Assembly (NCBI GenBank): GCA_963765145.1
Contig: CAVXVG010000025.1
Location: 1 to 34,028 of the forward strand
DNA length: 34,028 bases
From: Parachlamydiales bacterium
Lineage (GTDB): Bacteria; Chlamydiota; Chlamydiia; Chlamydiales; JAJFMK01
Reading direction: 5' to 3'
The translations under genes were made by a program, and so were the position numbers. The stretch's first letter is position 1. Every line of letters starts with the position of its first letter. The notes under the pieces were generated by a model. The model made no database searches, was not told the DNA's origin, and was given only the letters and a program-made list of their open reading frames with translations. Below, piece by piece: positions 1 to 8,392 of the stretch.

Positions 1-447
1 AACCAAGGTGCCCTTGAAGGGGTATACAAATTATCTGCAATACAAAATGAGAAGGGGAAGTGGGACTATCGGTTCAAATTGTCCGAACAGCTTCACAAAA
101 TCTCGAACCCAGGGTTTTTGCAGGTAAGGCGTTACTATAAAGATAAAAAGCCGATCGCAGATTTGATTTATGATGAATGGACAACCCTTGAAGAACAGCC
201 CATTTTATGCGATCTGGTCGATCCAACAAAGACCAAAAAGCTCTCTAAAACATTGACCTCTGTCGATCTGTTGCAACCGATTTTTAGAGCGGGAAAATGT
301 GTCTATACCTCCCCTTCCCTCCAAGAGATCCAAAAAATCGGGAAAAACAACCTAGCCGAGTTCCCAAGCGAGATCAAACGCTTTGTTAACCCCGATCTTT
401 ACTTAGTGGGTTTTAAAAAAACTATCATGAGCATAGACTATCATTAA
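1..447 (+). CDS. pncB: Nicotinate phosphoribosyltransferase, C-terminal part (5' truncated by the window edge; possible frameshift at the A7 run 415-421)
   Basis: Frame 1 is open from base 1: NQGALEGVYKLSAIQ...KLSEQLHKISNPG...LLQPIFRAGK...KRFVNPDLYLVG, typical of the NAPRTase C-terminus (GVYKL, K.SNPG). Lies directly upstream of pncA. Confidence 0.88.
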   Translation, partial: NQGALEGVYKLSAIQNEKGKWDYRFKLSEQLHKISNPGFLQVRRYYKDKKPIADLIYDEWTTLEEQPILCDLVDPTKTKKLSKTLTSVDLLQPIFRAGKCVYTSPSLQEIQKIGKNNLAEFPSEIKRFVNPDLYLVGFKKTIMSIDYH

Positions 448-482
448 TCAGGGACATTCGCAGTAAGCGAATGGGAAATGGC

Positions 483-1091
483 ATGACTGCGCTTATATTA
501 GTAGATATTCAAAACGATTTTTTGCCAGGGGGTGCCCTTGCTGTTCCTAAGGGAGATGAGATTCTTGTGGCAGTGGAAAAGGCTATTCAAATGCATTTCA
601 AGTTAAAAATTGCCTCAGTTGATGATCACCCAAAAGGTCATATCAGCTTTGCATCGACACACCACAAAAAAGTGGGCGAGCGTGTAGTCAATCAAATCCT
701 ATGGCCAGATCACTGCATTCATGGAACCAAAGGGGCAGAACTTAGTGTAGACACTGCCAAATTGGACAAAATTGTCAGGAAAGGAACTGACCCATCTATC
801 GATAGTTACAGTGCCTTTTACGACAATCACAGGCAAAAATCGACTGGACTTTCAGAATTTCTTAAAAGTAAAGGGATCAGAAGAATCGCCATTGGTGGCC
901 TTGCCACCGATTATTGCGTTCTTTGGAGTGTTTTAGATGCCCTTGCAGAAGGGTTCGAAGTTGACGTCATTCAAGAAGCGTGTCGTGGCATCAACATGAA
1001 AGAAGGTGATGTCACGACAGCTTTTAAACAAATGGAAAAAGGGGGTGCCCGCCTTTTCCCAACTGTTACTTCTTATCGATCTTTGATTTAG
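483..1091 (+). CDS. pncA: Nicotinamidase/pyrazinamidase (isochorismatase family); ORF track starts at 471, ATG 483 is the likely start
   Basis: ALILVDIQNDFLPGGALAV, D.HP.GH.SF, WPDHC..GT.GA, KG....DSYSAF and GLATDYCV motifs. Confidence 0.95.
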   Translation: MTALILVDIQNDFLPGGALAVPKGDEILVAVEKAIQMHFKLKIASVDDHPKGHISFASTHHKKVGERVVNQILWPDHCIHGTKGAELSVDTAKLDKIVRKGTDPSIDSYSAFYDNHRQKSTGLSEFLKSKGIRRIAIGGLATDYCVLWSVLDALAEGFEVDVIQEACRGINMKEGDVTTAFKQMEKGGARLFPTVTSYRSLI

Positions 1092-1314
1092 AGTTGCATG
1101 AGCAGCTATTTGAGCAACCGCAGCAGCAACAGCAGCAACCAACTAGATCCCAAATGGCTAGTAAACCGAAGATCACCAAGCCGATATAGCTTGCAGCCTC
1201 TGGTACCACGTTGGTTCCAATGATGATAGGAAATGGGTTGATCACTCTGTAAAGATGGACCAGGGCAAGTAAAAGAAAAACAAGCCCAGAAACGATTAGA
1301 CGTGCCTTGTGCAT
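1066..1314 (-). CDS. Small two-TM membrane protein with a Cys-rich C-terminal tail
   Basis: Two hydrophobic segments followed by GCCCCCCGCSNSCSCNSK. AGAGG-like RBS upstream on the minus strand (cctct near 1323-1327). Confidence 0.7.
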   Translation of the reverse strand: MHKARLIVSGLVFLLLALVHLYRVINPFPIIIGTNVVPEAASYIGLVIFGLLAIWDLVGCCCCCCGCSNSCSCNSKSKIDKK

Positions 1315-1400
1315 AGAAAAAACCTCTTTTAAGTTATAAAGTCACCCTAAAGGTTTTTACTAAGATGGTCAAGAGGGTACGTAAATCATTTATCCTAAGG

Positions 1401-1495
1401 CGCGAAGCGTTTGGAGTGCTCTACGCCCGTTTAGCTTTCACTTTTTAGTGATAAGTGAAAGCTAAACAGGAGTTTAGCACTCCAAACGCTTCGCG
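1401..1495. repeat. REP-doublet (REPIN)-like palindromic repeat 'A', intact copy
   Basis: Perfect 20-bp terminal inverted repeat CGCGAAGCGTTTGGAGTGCT (1401-1420 / 1476-1495) and inner IR GTTTAGCTTTCACT/AGTGAAAGCTAAAC. The right unit reads GGAG-T plus hairpin GCTAAAC-tcct-GTTTAGC on the minus strand. Related copies at about 5980-6355, 27811, 27925 and 31083-32914. Confidence 0.85.
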
Positions 1496-1504
1496 AAAAT
1501 GTTA

Positions 1505-1893
1505 TTATTTCTTACTGCTTTCAAACTGTAATAATTGGGCTTTTAGGTCTGACCCAAAGGCATATTGACCAACCCGCCGGCTTTTGGCACTACACGGTGG
1601 CAAGGCAGAAGAAACGGATAGGGGTTTTTGGCCATTGCAGTTCCCACAGCTCTTGCCGATTTACACCCAATACGATCTGCAAGCTCTTGATAAGTGATCG
1701 TTTCTCCCCAGGGTATATCTAACAAGGCCAAATTAGCCTTTTTCATAAACTCGGTCGGAAAGACAAATTTCTCCACCGGCAAACCAATCGGTTTTTTTGC
1801 CGCATAAGCTTTCAACCATTTTTCAAGCCACTCTTGCTCTAAATGGTTCGGCAGTTTCACAATCAAAGGTTTTAATGAGTCATACATGGGCAT
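1505..1893 (-). CDS. ogt: Methylated-DNA--protein-cysteine methyltransferase, apparent frameshift near 1570
   Basis: IPWGETITYQELA..IG..SARAVGTAMAKNP...LLPCHRVV active-site motif. An alternative frame continues GQYAFGSDLKAQLLQFE to a TAA at 1505-1507, the expected family C-terminus. Confidence 0.85.
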
Positions 1894-2365
1894 ATGGTGC
1901 GGTGATTACGCTTGGGTCAAAGGTTTTCCAGAAAAGATAACAGAAGGGAACATCTTTTTCATCTTGACCGATCCGTATGGAAAAAGAACGGTCATCGAAA
2001 GGCATCTCAATGGCCATTTTAAAAAATTGATTCACGACTCGAGTCTTTTCGACTACCGGAAGCTAAATCCCAGAGAAAAACTGGGGTGGTCACGCGAAGA
2101 ACTCCACGCCGACCAGTTCCTCATACGAGATCGAGACCATACCCCCGTTTTGATCGAACATCACACTTTTGTAGAAAATAAACCGCGAGAATGCCGCTAC
2201 TTCTCGCCCCACCTGCTTCCTCTCGGCCACCAGAAAATCTTTTACACCACTTTAGGAGACCCCTTTAACGGCGTCACCCTCTACGACCCTCTCGATAAAG
2301 TCGTCTTAGTCAAAAAATATGCCCTTCTCCCCGACGGCACATTTGGCGACCTCCTCGATGGCTAA
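1886..2365 (+). CDS. Hypothetical protein
   Basis: 159-aa ORF filling the gap before the paralog pair. Start is uncertain because it overlaps the ogt 5' end. Confidence 0.6.
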   Translation: MGIWCGDYAWVKGFPEKITEGNIFFILTDPYGKRTVIERHLNGHFKKLIHDSSLFDYRKLNPREKLGWSREELHADQFLIRDRDHTPVLIEHHTFVENKPRECRYFSPHLLPLGHQKIFYTTLGDPFNGVTLYDPLDKVVLVKKYALLPDGTFGDLLDG

Positions 2366-2412
2366 AAATTGGCCAGCCTAGTAGAATATTTCTTTTATTT
2401 TCGGAGACAAAC

Positions 2413-4092
2413 ATGGAAGCTGGTTCAGTCACATCATTCACACCGCAAGTACCCTCACTCGTCCGCAGTTTTAACTACACCTTCTCTGGAAAATGTGCTG
2501 ACCTTTTTGAAACCCATGTCGCCGGAAAAATAGAACACACTATAGGAGCCACTGCACTGAAAGTGGGTCGTGTGGTGGTTTACAACACCCTTTGGTTGCT
2601 AGCTCACATCGAGCAAAGCCTTTCGCGTAAAAACCACGCTCACCTCATCGCGTTTTTCTCCGATATGATGGCCGCTTCTCGCCTACTTCCTTTAAATACC
2701 GAACGACTTGTGAAGTGCCTAAACCATTTAGATCAGCTTAACTTAGCACCAGAGGGGAAACAGAGGATAGCCCAACTGATTTTGGATCAGATTGTGCCCG
2801 CCAAGCTAAGTAAAGATTTACTATTGGATCTCATGGTATTTTTAGGAAACGAGTCAGAAAAACAGCGCTCCTACCCTAAATTCATCCAAAATTGCTTCGA
2901 GCGATTGGATGAATTGAGATGGGGAAATAATCTACTTACAGGCACTGAAGCCTACCATCTTCTTTTCCCCATCTTGCAATTCTGCAAAAATGATACTAAA
3001 GACGACTTTAGGATCTCAGAATGTCTTTGGATAATTGAAAATAGTGAGTCTCAATTTTCTGAACAAGAGCTTCTTTCTCTTTTCTTTGCATTAATAGACT
3101 CTCGGAGAGAGTCGGCTGACCTGCGCCAAAACATCTTTCTTCCCCTTATCAAGTGGTTACCAAAGCATCTAACGCCCCTTACCTTCGATGAATGTTGCCA
3201 GCTATTGCCATTAGCTCTTCTTGATTATAAACATCATCTGAGGGCCGAGCTATTTTATCAAATTACTAGTCGCCTTCAGAACAAAGATTGTTCCATCACT
3301 CCCGAGCAGGCGGCAAACTTTTTAATTGAGCTAAGATTTCTCACGAGGAACATGGATGTTGATTTTTCAAAGCTTACGCCCGTTCTTGTAGAGTACTGGG
3401 AAAAAGAAGTAGCGCAATTAGAGACCATGAACGCTCAAGAACTTGTTGAGTTCATCAAATTACAATATCAACTGATTTACGCTCCATATGCTTTAAAGAA
3501 CGGCTATTCACATAAGACTTTCGACAATGACAACATATCGAGTGCCATCATTCGCAGAATGTCTTCATTAAATAAGCAGTTTACCCTTGAGCAAATAGGA
3601 GAGTGCCTCCCTCGTATTTCTTATTCCCTGCAGGAGGATCCGGTGTGGATGACTGAAATTAATGTTGCACTGCAAATTGAGCAGACAGTCTCTTGTGCCT
3701 CGATGTTTAACATCCTGCGACAATCCACAAGCCCGAGCCGCAATTCTTCCTGGTCTCTTCCAAACTATGAAGTGCAACCATTGCTTCCGCTTATAAAAGC
3801 TCAACTTTTAAAAGAGAGGACGGTTACAGGCCAAGAGTCAGCAGCCTGCATTGGCCTTCTTCTCTACATCCACGCTAATGGCCTTGGGGATGAGGAATGC
3901 TCTAAAATTGCAAAAGAGATCGTCCTACCTGTCCCGCTTCCAGATTTTTTAACTAGTAGCTATCGCGCAATTAACTTCTTTGAAAATGAACAACTCAACA
4001 GAGTCCACCTTTTTCTCTCAAAGCTCTTTCCACAAAACCACCCACAAAGGCAAGAAGTTTTAGAAGTTTACCCCTTCCATTCAAATTTATAG
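2413..4092 (+). CDS. Hypothetical all-helical protein, paralog 1 (possible secreted effector with degenerate helical repeats)
   Basis: 559-aa ORF with GGAG RBS. Leu-rich and clearly paralogous to 4312-5976 (shared VVVYNTLWLLAHIEQSLSRKNHAHLIAFF, FTLEQIGECLP, QESAACIGLLLYI). Confidence 0.85.
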   Translation: MEAGSVTSFTPQVPSLVRSFNYTFSGKCADLFETHVAGKIEHTIGATALKVGRVVVYNTLWLLAHIEQSLSRKNHAHLIAFFSDMMAASRLLPLNTERLVKCLNHLDQLNLAPEGKQRIAQLILDQIVPAKLSKDLLLDLMVFLGNESEKQRSYPKFIQNCFERLDELRWGNNLLTGTEAYHLLFPILQFCKNDTKDDFRISECLWIIENSESQFSEQELLSLFFALIDSRRESADLRQNIFLPLIKWLPKHLTPLTFDECCQLLPLALLDYKHHLRAELFYQITSRLQNKDCSITPEQAANFLIELRFLTRNMDVDFSKLTPVLVEYWEKEVAQLETMNAQELVEFIKLQYQLIYAPYALKNGYSHKTFDNDNISSAIIRRMSSLNKQFTLEQIGECLPRISYSLQEDPVWMTEINVALQIEQTVSCASMFNILRQSTSPSRNSSWSLPNYEVQPLLPLIKAQLLKERTVTGQESAACIGLLLYIHANGLGDEECSKIAKEIVLPVPLPDFLTSSYRAINFFENEQLNRVHLFLSKLFPQNHPQRQEVLEVYPFHSNL

Positions 4093-4311
4093 GCAATTCG
4101 TCAGAAGCACCGATACACGATAAACGCCCGAAGGGTATTTATTTTGACCATTGGTTGACTCGAGGATTTCTCTCTCGCAAGTTTCTAAAAGGCTCGACCC
4201 CTGCAATAAGGGCTTGGTGTTCACCATCGGCAACTTCTTGGGGAAAACTCTCCTCGATGGCTAAAAATCACTTCGCCCCATAGAATATTTCTTTTCTTTT
4301 GGAGAACAAAA

Positions 4312-5976
4312 ATGTCCGTAGTTGATTCAGTCACGTCATTCGCACCTCAAATATCCCCATTCGTTCGCAGTTTTAACAACACCTATTCGGGGAAATGCGC
4401 TGCTCTTTTTGAAAGCCATGTCGCCGGAAAAATAGAACACACTATGGGAGCCGCAGCACTGAAAATGGGTCGTGTGGTGGTTTACAACACCCTTTGGTTG
4501 CTAGCTCACATCGAGCAAAGCCTTTCGCGTAAAAACCACGCTCACCTCATCGCGTTTTTCGCCGATATGGTGGCCGCTTCTCGCCTGCTCCCTTTAAACG
4601 CCGAACGGCTTGTGAAGTTCCTAAGCCATTTCGATCAGCTTAACTTAGCACCAGAGGGGAAACAGAGGTTGGCTCAACTAGACAAAGACTTGCTCTTAAA
4701 AGTTATGATATTTTTAGGAAAGGAGTTAGCAGAAAAACAGCGTTCTTATCCTGAGTTCACAAAGCGTTGCCTTTTGCAGTTTGAACAATTGAAAACCAGT
4801 AAAAATCCTTGCTCTGGTGGCGAGGCTTATCAGTTTATTTTCCCCATCTTGCAACTCCAAAAAGATGACATTTCTGTCGGCTTGAATATCTCGGAATGCC
4901 TAAGGAGAATGGGCGATGATGAACGGGCGGGGAAAGTAACATTTTCCGAACAGGAACGCCTTGCACTTTTCTTTGCTTTAGAGGAATCTTGCGGCGAACG
5001 GACTATTCCCTATCTAGACCCTTACATTTTTTCTCCCCTCATTAACTGGTTACCAACGGAGATTGGGTCCTTCAACCTTGACCAACTCTTACAGCTATTG
5101 TCATTAGTGCGCATGCAGAGCAGTGACGGTCGCTCTCTCTCTTCTCCTATCATTAACGAGATAGCTACTCTTGTTCAAAAAGCCCCCCTAACTCCGGAAC
5201 AAGGAGAAAAACTTTTAACGTACTTACCCCCACAAAATATATTCGCCACCCCTATAAATCTTCGAAATGCCTTTACACACTGTTGGGATAACTCATTGAA
5301 GCTGTTAGACACCATGAAATCACAGGAGCTTGTTGCACTCATTAAATTCCAATATCAGCTGTGTAACTCCCAACATCCAAGTCAATTGCCCCAATATTTT
5401 GATAATGATCAAACATCGGAAAAAATCCTTACAAAGATGCGCTCATTAATCACATCGTTTACCCTCGAACAGATAGGAGAATGCCTTCCTCTTCTTCCTG
5501 AGAAAAAACAGGATAAGCTAATCGAGATCTGCTTAACTCAAACAAAGCTTGCTCTACAATCTGAGCAGTTAGTCTCTTGTGTTTCGATGCTTAACATGTT
5601 GCGACAATCCGCAAGATACGGCCGCCCTTTCTGCTGGTCTCTTCCAGACGATCAAGCACAACTATTGCTTCCTCAAATGAAATCTCAACTTTTAAAAGAG
5701 AGGTCATTTACAGTCCAAGAGTCTGCAGCCTGCATCGGGCTTCTCCTCTATATTTACGCTTACGATCTCGTGGACGAGGGATGCCTGAAAATTGTGAAAG
5801 CGATCGAGCTACCCAACCCGCTTCCCGACTTTCTAACTAACTACCATCAAGCGATAGTCTTCTCTGAGGAGGAACAAGCAAACAGAGCCCACAAATTTCT
5901 GTCAGAACTCCTTCCAGAAGACCACACGATGAGAGAAAAAGTTTTAGATAATTACTTCTTCGATTCGAATTTATAG
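4312..5976 (+). CDS. Hypothetical all-helical protein, paralog 2
   Basis: 554-aa ORF with GGAG RBS. The upstream sequence CTCCTCGATGGCTAAAAAT...TAGAATATTTCTTTT is duplicated from 2351-2397. Confidence 0.85.
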   Translation: MSVVDSVTSFAPQISPFVRSFNNTYSGKCAALFESHVAGKIEHTMGAAALKMGRVVVYNTLWLLAHIEQSLSRKNHAHLIAFFADMVAASRLLPLNAERLVKFLSHFDQLNLAPEGKQRLAQLDKDLLLKVMIFLGKELAEKQRSYPEFTKRCLLQFEQLKTSKNPCSGGEAYQFIFPILQLQKDDISVGLNISECLRRMGDDERAGKVTFSEQERLALFFALEESCGERTIPYLDPYIFSPLINWLPTEIGSFNLDQLLQLLSLVRMQSSDGRSLSSPIINEIATLVQKAPLTPEQGEKLLTYLPPQNIFATPINLRNAFTHCWDNSLKLLDTMKSQELVALIKFQYQLCNSQHPSQLPQYFDNDQTSEKILTKMRSLITSFTLEQIGECLPLLPEKKQDKLIEICLTQTKLALQSEQLVSCVSMLNMLRQSARYGRPFCWSLPDDQAQLLLPQMKSQLLKERSFTVQESAACIGLLLYIYAYDLVDEGCLKIVKAIELPNPLPDFLTNYHQAIVFSEEEQANRAHKFLSELLPEDHTMREKVLDNYFFDSNL

Positions 5977-5979
5977 GCG

Positions 5980-6355
5980 TTCGCGAAGCGTTTGGAGTGC
6001 TAAACGGCCTTGTTGCATAATTGTTCACTTTATTCCTGTAGCCTTACAGGCTACCTAATTTATTTTCCAACTTAACCCGGGGCGTTGCCCACGGGCTGTT
6101 GCAATTTTGGCCTTTCAGGCCTGTGAAAACGTGTATAGAGATTTTCCGGCTGAAAGCCGGATAGTTGCAACAGCCTGTGGGCAACGCCCCAGGTTAAGGT
6201 AGAAAATAAAGATAGCAGTCTGTAGGGCTGCCGGAAACTCGAAAGATCTCGAGGCAATTACACAATAAGGCCGTGCTCCTGAGCCCGTTTAGCTTTCACT
6301 TTCACTGATAAGTCAAAGCTAAACAGGCTCAGGAGCCTCCAAACGCTAGCGCGAA
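5980..6355. repeat. Repeat 'A' copy interrupted by an IS903-like MITE
   Basis: TTCGCGAAGCGTTTGGAGTGCTAAAC, then an insert, then GTGCTCCTGAGCCCGTTTAGCTTTCACT...AAAGCTAAACAGGCTCAGGAGCCTCCAAACGCTAGCGCGAA. Confidence 0.8.
6006..6272. mobile_element. Non-autonomous IS903-like MITE carrying a long internal palindrome
   Basis: Ends GGCCTTGTTGCATAATTG / CAATTACACAATAAGGCC resemble the ends of the IS5 at 32915-34028. Preceded by GTGCTAAAC and followed by GTGCT. Internal IR at about 6060-6210: CTTAACCCGGGGCGTTGCCCACGGGCTGTTGCAA / TTGCAACAGCCTGTGGGCAACGCCCCAGGTTAAG. Confidence 0.75.
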
Positions 6356-6356
6356 T

Positions 6357-8381
6357 TCAAAATTCGCAGCCTGCAATCAGCGTTTGGTGTTCTCGATCGA
6401 CCACCTCTTGGGGCAAAGTGTCCTCTTTCCCTCTGTAAACAAAGTGGAAAGTCACATTTTGTTTGTCGACCCCGAGTTTGTCGCTTGTAAAAATGGATTT
6501 CAGTGAAAAGCTTTCCAGATGGAGAGGCCTTGCTTTGAGTATGGCCTTTTCAAGCCGCTCGTAGCTAATCGCTTTGTCTAATGTGACAGTCCAGTCTCTT
6601 GTCGAGGAAGGGAAAATTGGAAGAGGAGTCATCCTCTCTCTGGATTTCTGCAAGGGGTAAAGCTCGTGCAGACTCAATTCTATCAAATAGATCCGATGGG
6701 GGTAGTCCAGCTTTCTCAAGATCGCCGGATGGACCTCTCCAAGAACACCTAACAAGCATTCCCCTACCATCATTGCAGCTTGTCTTTCCGGATGGAACAA
6801 AGAATGATTATGAGGTTTATAGGTCACTTCCGGAAGGTTCATCCCCTCAAAAAACGCTTCCGACACCCCTTTGAGGTCAAAAAAATCGATTCCTTCTTCT
6901 GCGGCGGCCCAACTTTTTGGGTGTCTCTGCCCTGTCATTAAGACCGCGGCCATCAACTCCTCTTTCATTTGCCCATCTCGCTTGAAATGGATTTTTCCTA
7001 CTTCAAAACTAGAAAGATCATGGTTGCCTTTGTCGTAGTTATGCAACGCGCACATCAAAAGACCCGGCAGTAAAGATGGTCTTAAAACAGAAAGTTCTAC
7101 CGAACTTGGGTTAACCACATGAACCGGTTCCCCCGGCATTTCGGTCCGATTTAGGATAAGTGATAACTTTTTAGGATCGATGAGGTCGCAACACATCCAT
7201 TCTTGCAGCCCTAACGACAATAAATTTTTACGGGCTTCCCTTTCCAACAAGAATACGGGGGCATTTGGGATGGTCGAAAGGGAAAATTGGGCCTCTTTCT
7301 TAGGCAAATTTTCAAGGCCAAAAATTTTTGCGACCTCTTCAATCAGATCAATCTCTTCATTGACGTCGTTTCGGTAGGAAGGGGGAACAACTGTGAAAGC
7401 CTCTTTTCCATCCCAGGTGAACTTCATATCAAGGCTTTTGAAAATGTTGCCAATCTGGTCTACACCTAAGTGCAGGCCTAACATTGACTCGATCCGCGCT
7501 AAGCGACAAATGATCTTTTTTGGTTGAAAGACGATATGTTCGATCTTAACGGTTTCTGACAACCCTTCTGCCCCCGCTATTTCTTCTAAAAGCATCACAG
7601 CACGATCAAGAGCAGCTGTCACTCCAAGAGGGTCGATTCCCCGCTCAAACCGTTTAGAGGCTTCAGTCGAAAGGCCAAGCTCCTTAGCCTGCTTCCGGAC
7701 CACACTTGGTTTAAAGTGAGCGGCCTCTATAATGATTTCGGTCGTTTCCGGGGTCACACTCCCCTTTTCTGCTCCAATAACGCCAGCTAAAGCCAATACT
7801 TTTTCTTGGTCTGCAATCACAAGGTGATGGGGTAACAGGGTGTAACTTTTCCCATCCAGCGCTGTAAATGTTTCCCCAACTTTGGCAAAACGGACATCGA
7901 TCCCTTTGACGATCTCTTTTGCATCAAAGGCATGAAGGGGCTGCCCAAGCTCCATCATCACAAAGTTCATCACGTCGACGATCAAATTGATGGGTTGCAA
8001 ACCACACTGCTCAAGCCTTTTCTTTAGCCAAGAAGGGCTCTCTTTCGACCGAATGCCCTTTACCCGTCTTGCAGAGTAGAGAGGAACGGTGTGATGAACG
8101 GTTAAATCAAGACCAAAGGGGGTGTCACCTTTTGGTGGCAGGTGTTGGATAACTGGAGGTGTAAAAGGGGCATCGACCACAGCTTTTAGCTCTCGCACCA
8201 CTCCGAGCATGCACCAGGCATGGCCCAAATTGGGGGTCAAAGAGATCTCAAAAACCTTTTCGCCACCTTCATCATGGATCTTATCGACCTCAATGCCCAG
8301 CTGTGTCAGTTTTTCAGCTATCTCTTCGGGGGTTTCTTTGACAGGTAAGTGGAGTTGTATCCAAGAAAGTGGTAAGCGCAT
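6357..8381 (-). CDS. pheT: Phenylalanine--tRNA ligase beta subunit, short form apparently lacking the B2 OB-fold
   Basis: MRLPLSW, EISLTPNLGH, INLIVDVMNFVMMELGQPLHAFD, TEASKRFERGID, PSYRND...EIDLIEEVAK, LRPSLLPGLL and a C-terminal FDX-ACB-like FPSSTRD. Confidence 0.97.
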   Translation of the reverse strand: MRLPLSWIQLHLPVKETPEEIAEKLTQLGIEVDKIHDEGGEKVFEISLTPNLGHAWCMLGVVRELKAVVDAPFTPPVIQHLPPKGDTPFGLDLTVHHTVPLYSARRVKGIRSKESPSWLKKRLEQCGLQPINLIVDVMNFVMMELGQPLHAFDAKEIVKGIDVRFAKVGETFTALDGKSYTLLPHHLVIADQEKVLALAGVIGAEKGSVTPETTEIIIEAAHFKPSVVRKQAKELGLSTEASKRFERGIDPLGVTAALDRAVMLLEEIAGAEGLSETVKIEHIVFQPKKIICRLARIESMLGLHLGVDQIGNIFKSLDMKFTWDGKEAFTVVPPSYRNDVNEEIDLIEEVAKIFGLENLPKKEAQFSLSTIPNAPVFLLEREARKNLLSLGLQEWMCCDLIDPKKLSLILNRTEMPGEPVHVVNPSSVELSVLRPSLLPGLLMCALHNYDKGNHDLSSFEVGKIHFKRDGQMKEELMAAVLMTGQRHPKSWAAAEEGIDFFDLKGVSEAFFEGMNLPEVTYKPHNHSLFHPERQAAMMVGECLLGVLGEVHPAILRKLDYPHRIYLIELSLHELYPLQKSRERMTPLPIFPSSTRDWTVTLDKAISYERLEKAILKARPLHLESFSLKSIFTSDKLGVDKQNVTFHFVYRGKEDTLPQEVVDREHQTLIAGCEF

Positions 8382-8392
8382 ACCCCAAGAGT

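Noticed and set aside
415..421. Canonical programmed -1 ribosomal frameshift in pncB
   Set aside because: The A-run is not in X XXY YYZ phase with the pncB frame and no clear downstream stimulator is seen. A homopolymer error or transcriptional slippage is more plausible.
6072..6257. 61-aa minus-strand ORF
   Set aside because: It lies wholly inside the palindromic MITE and has no recognisable protein features.
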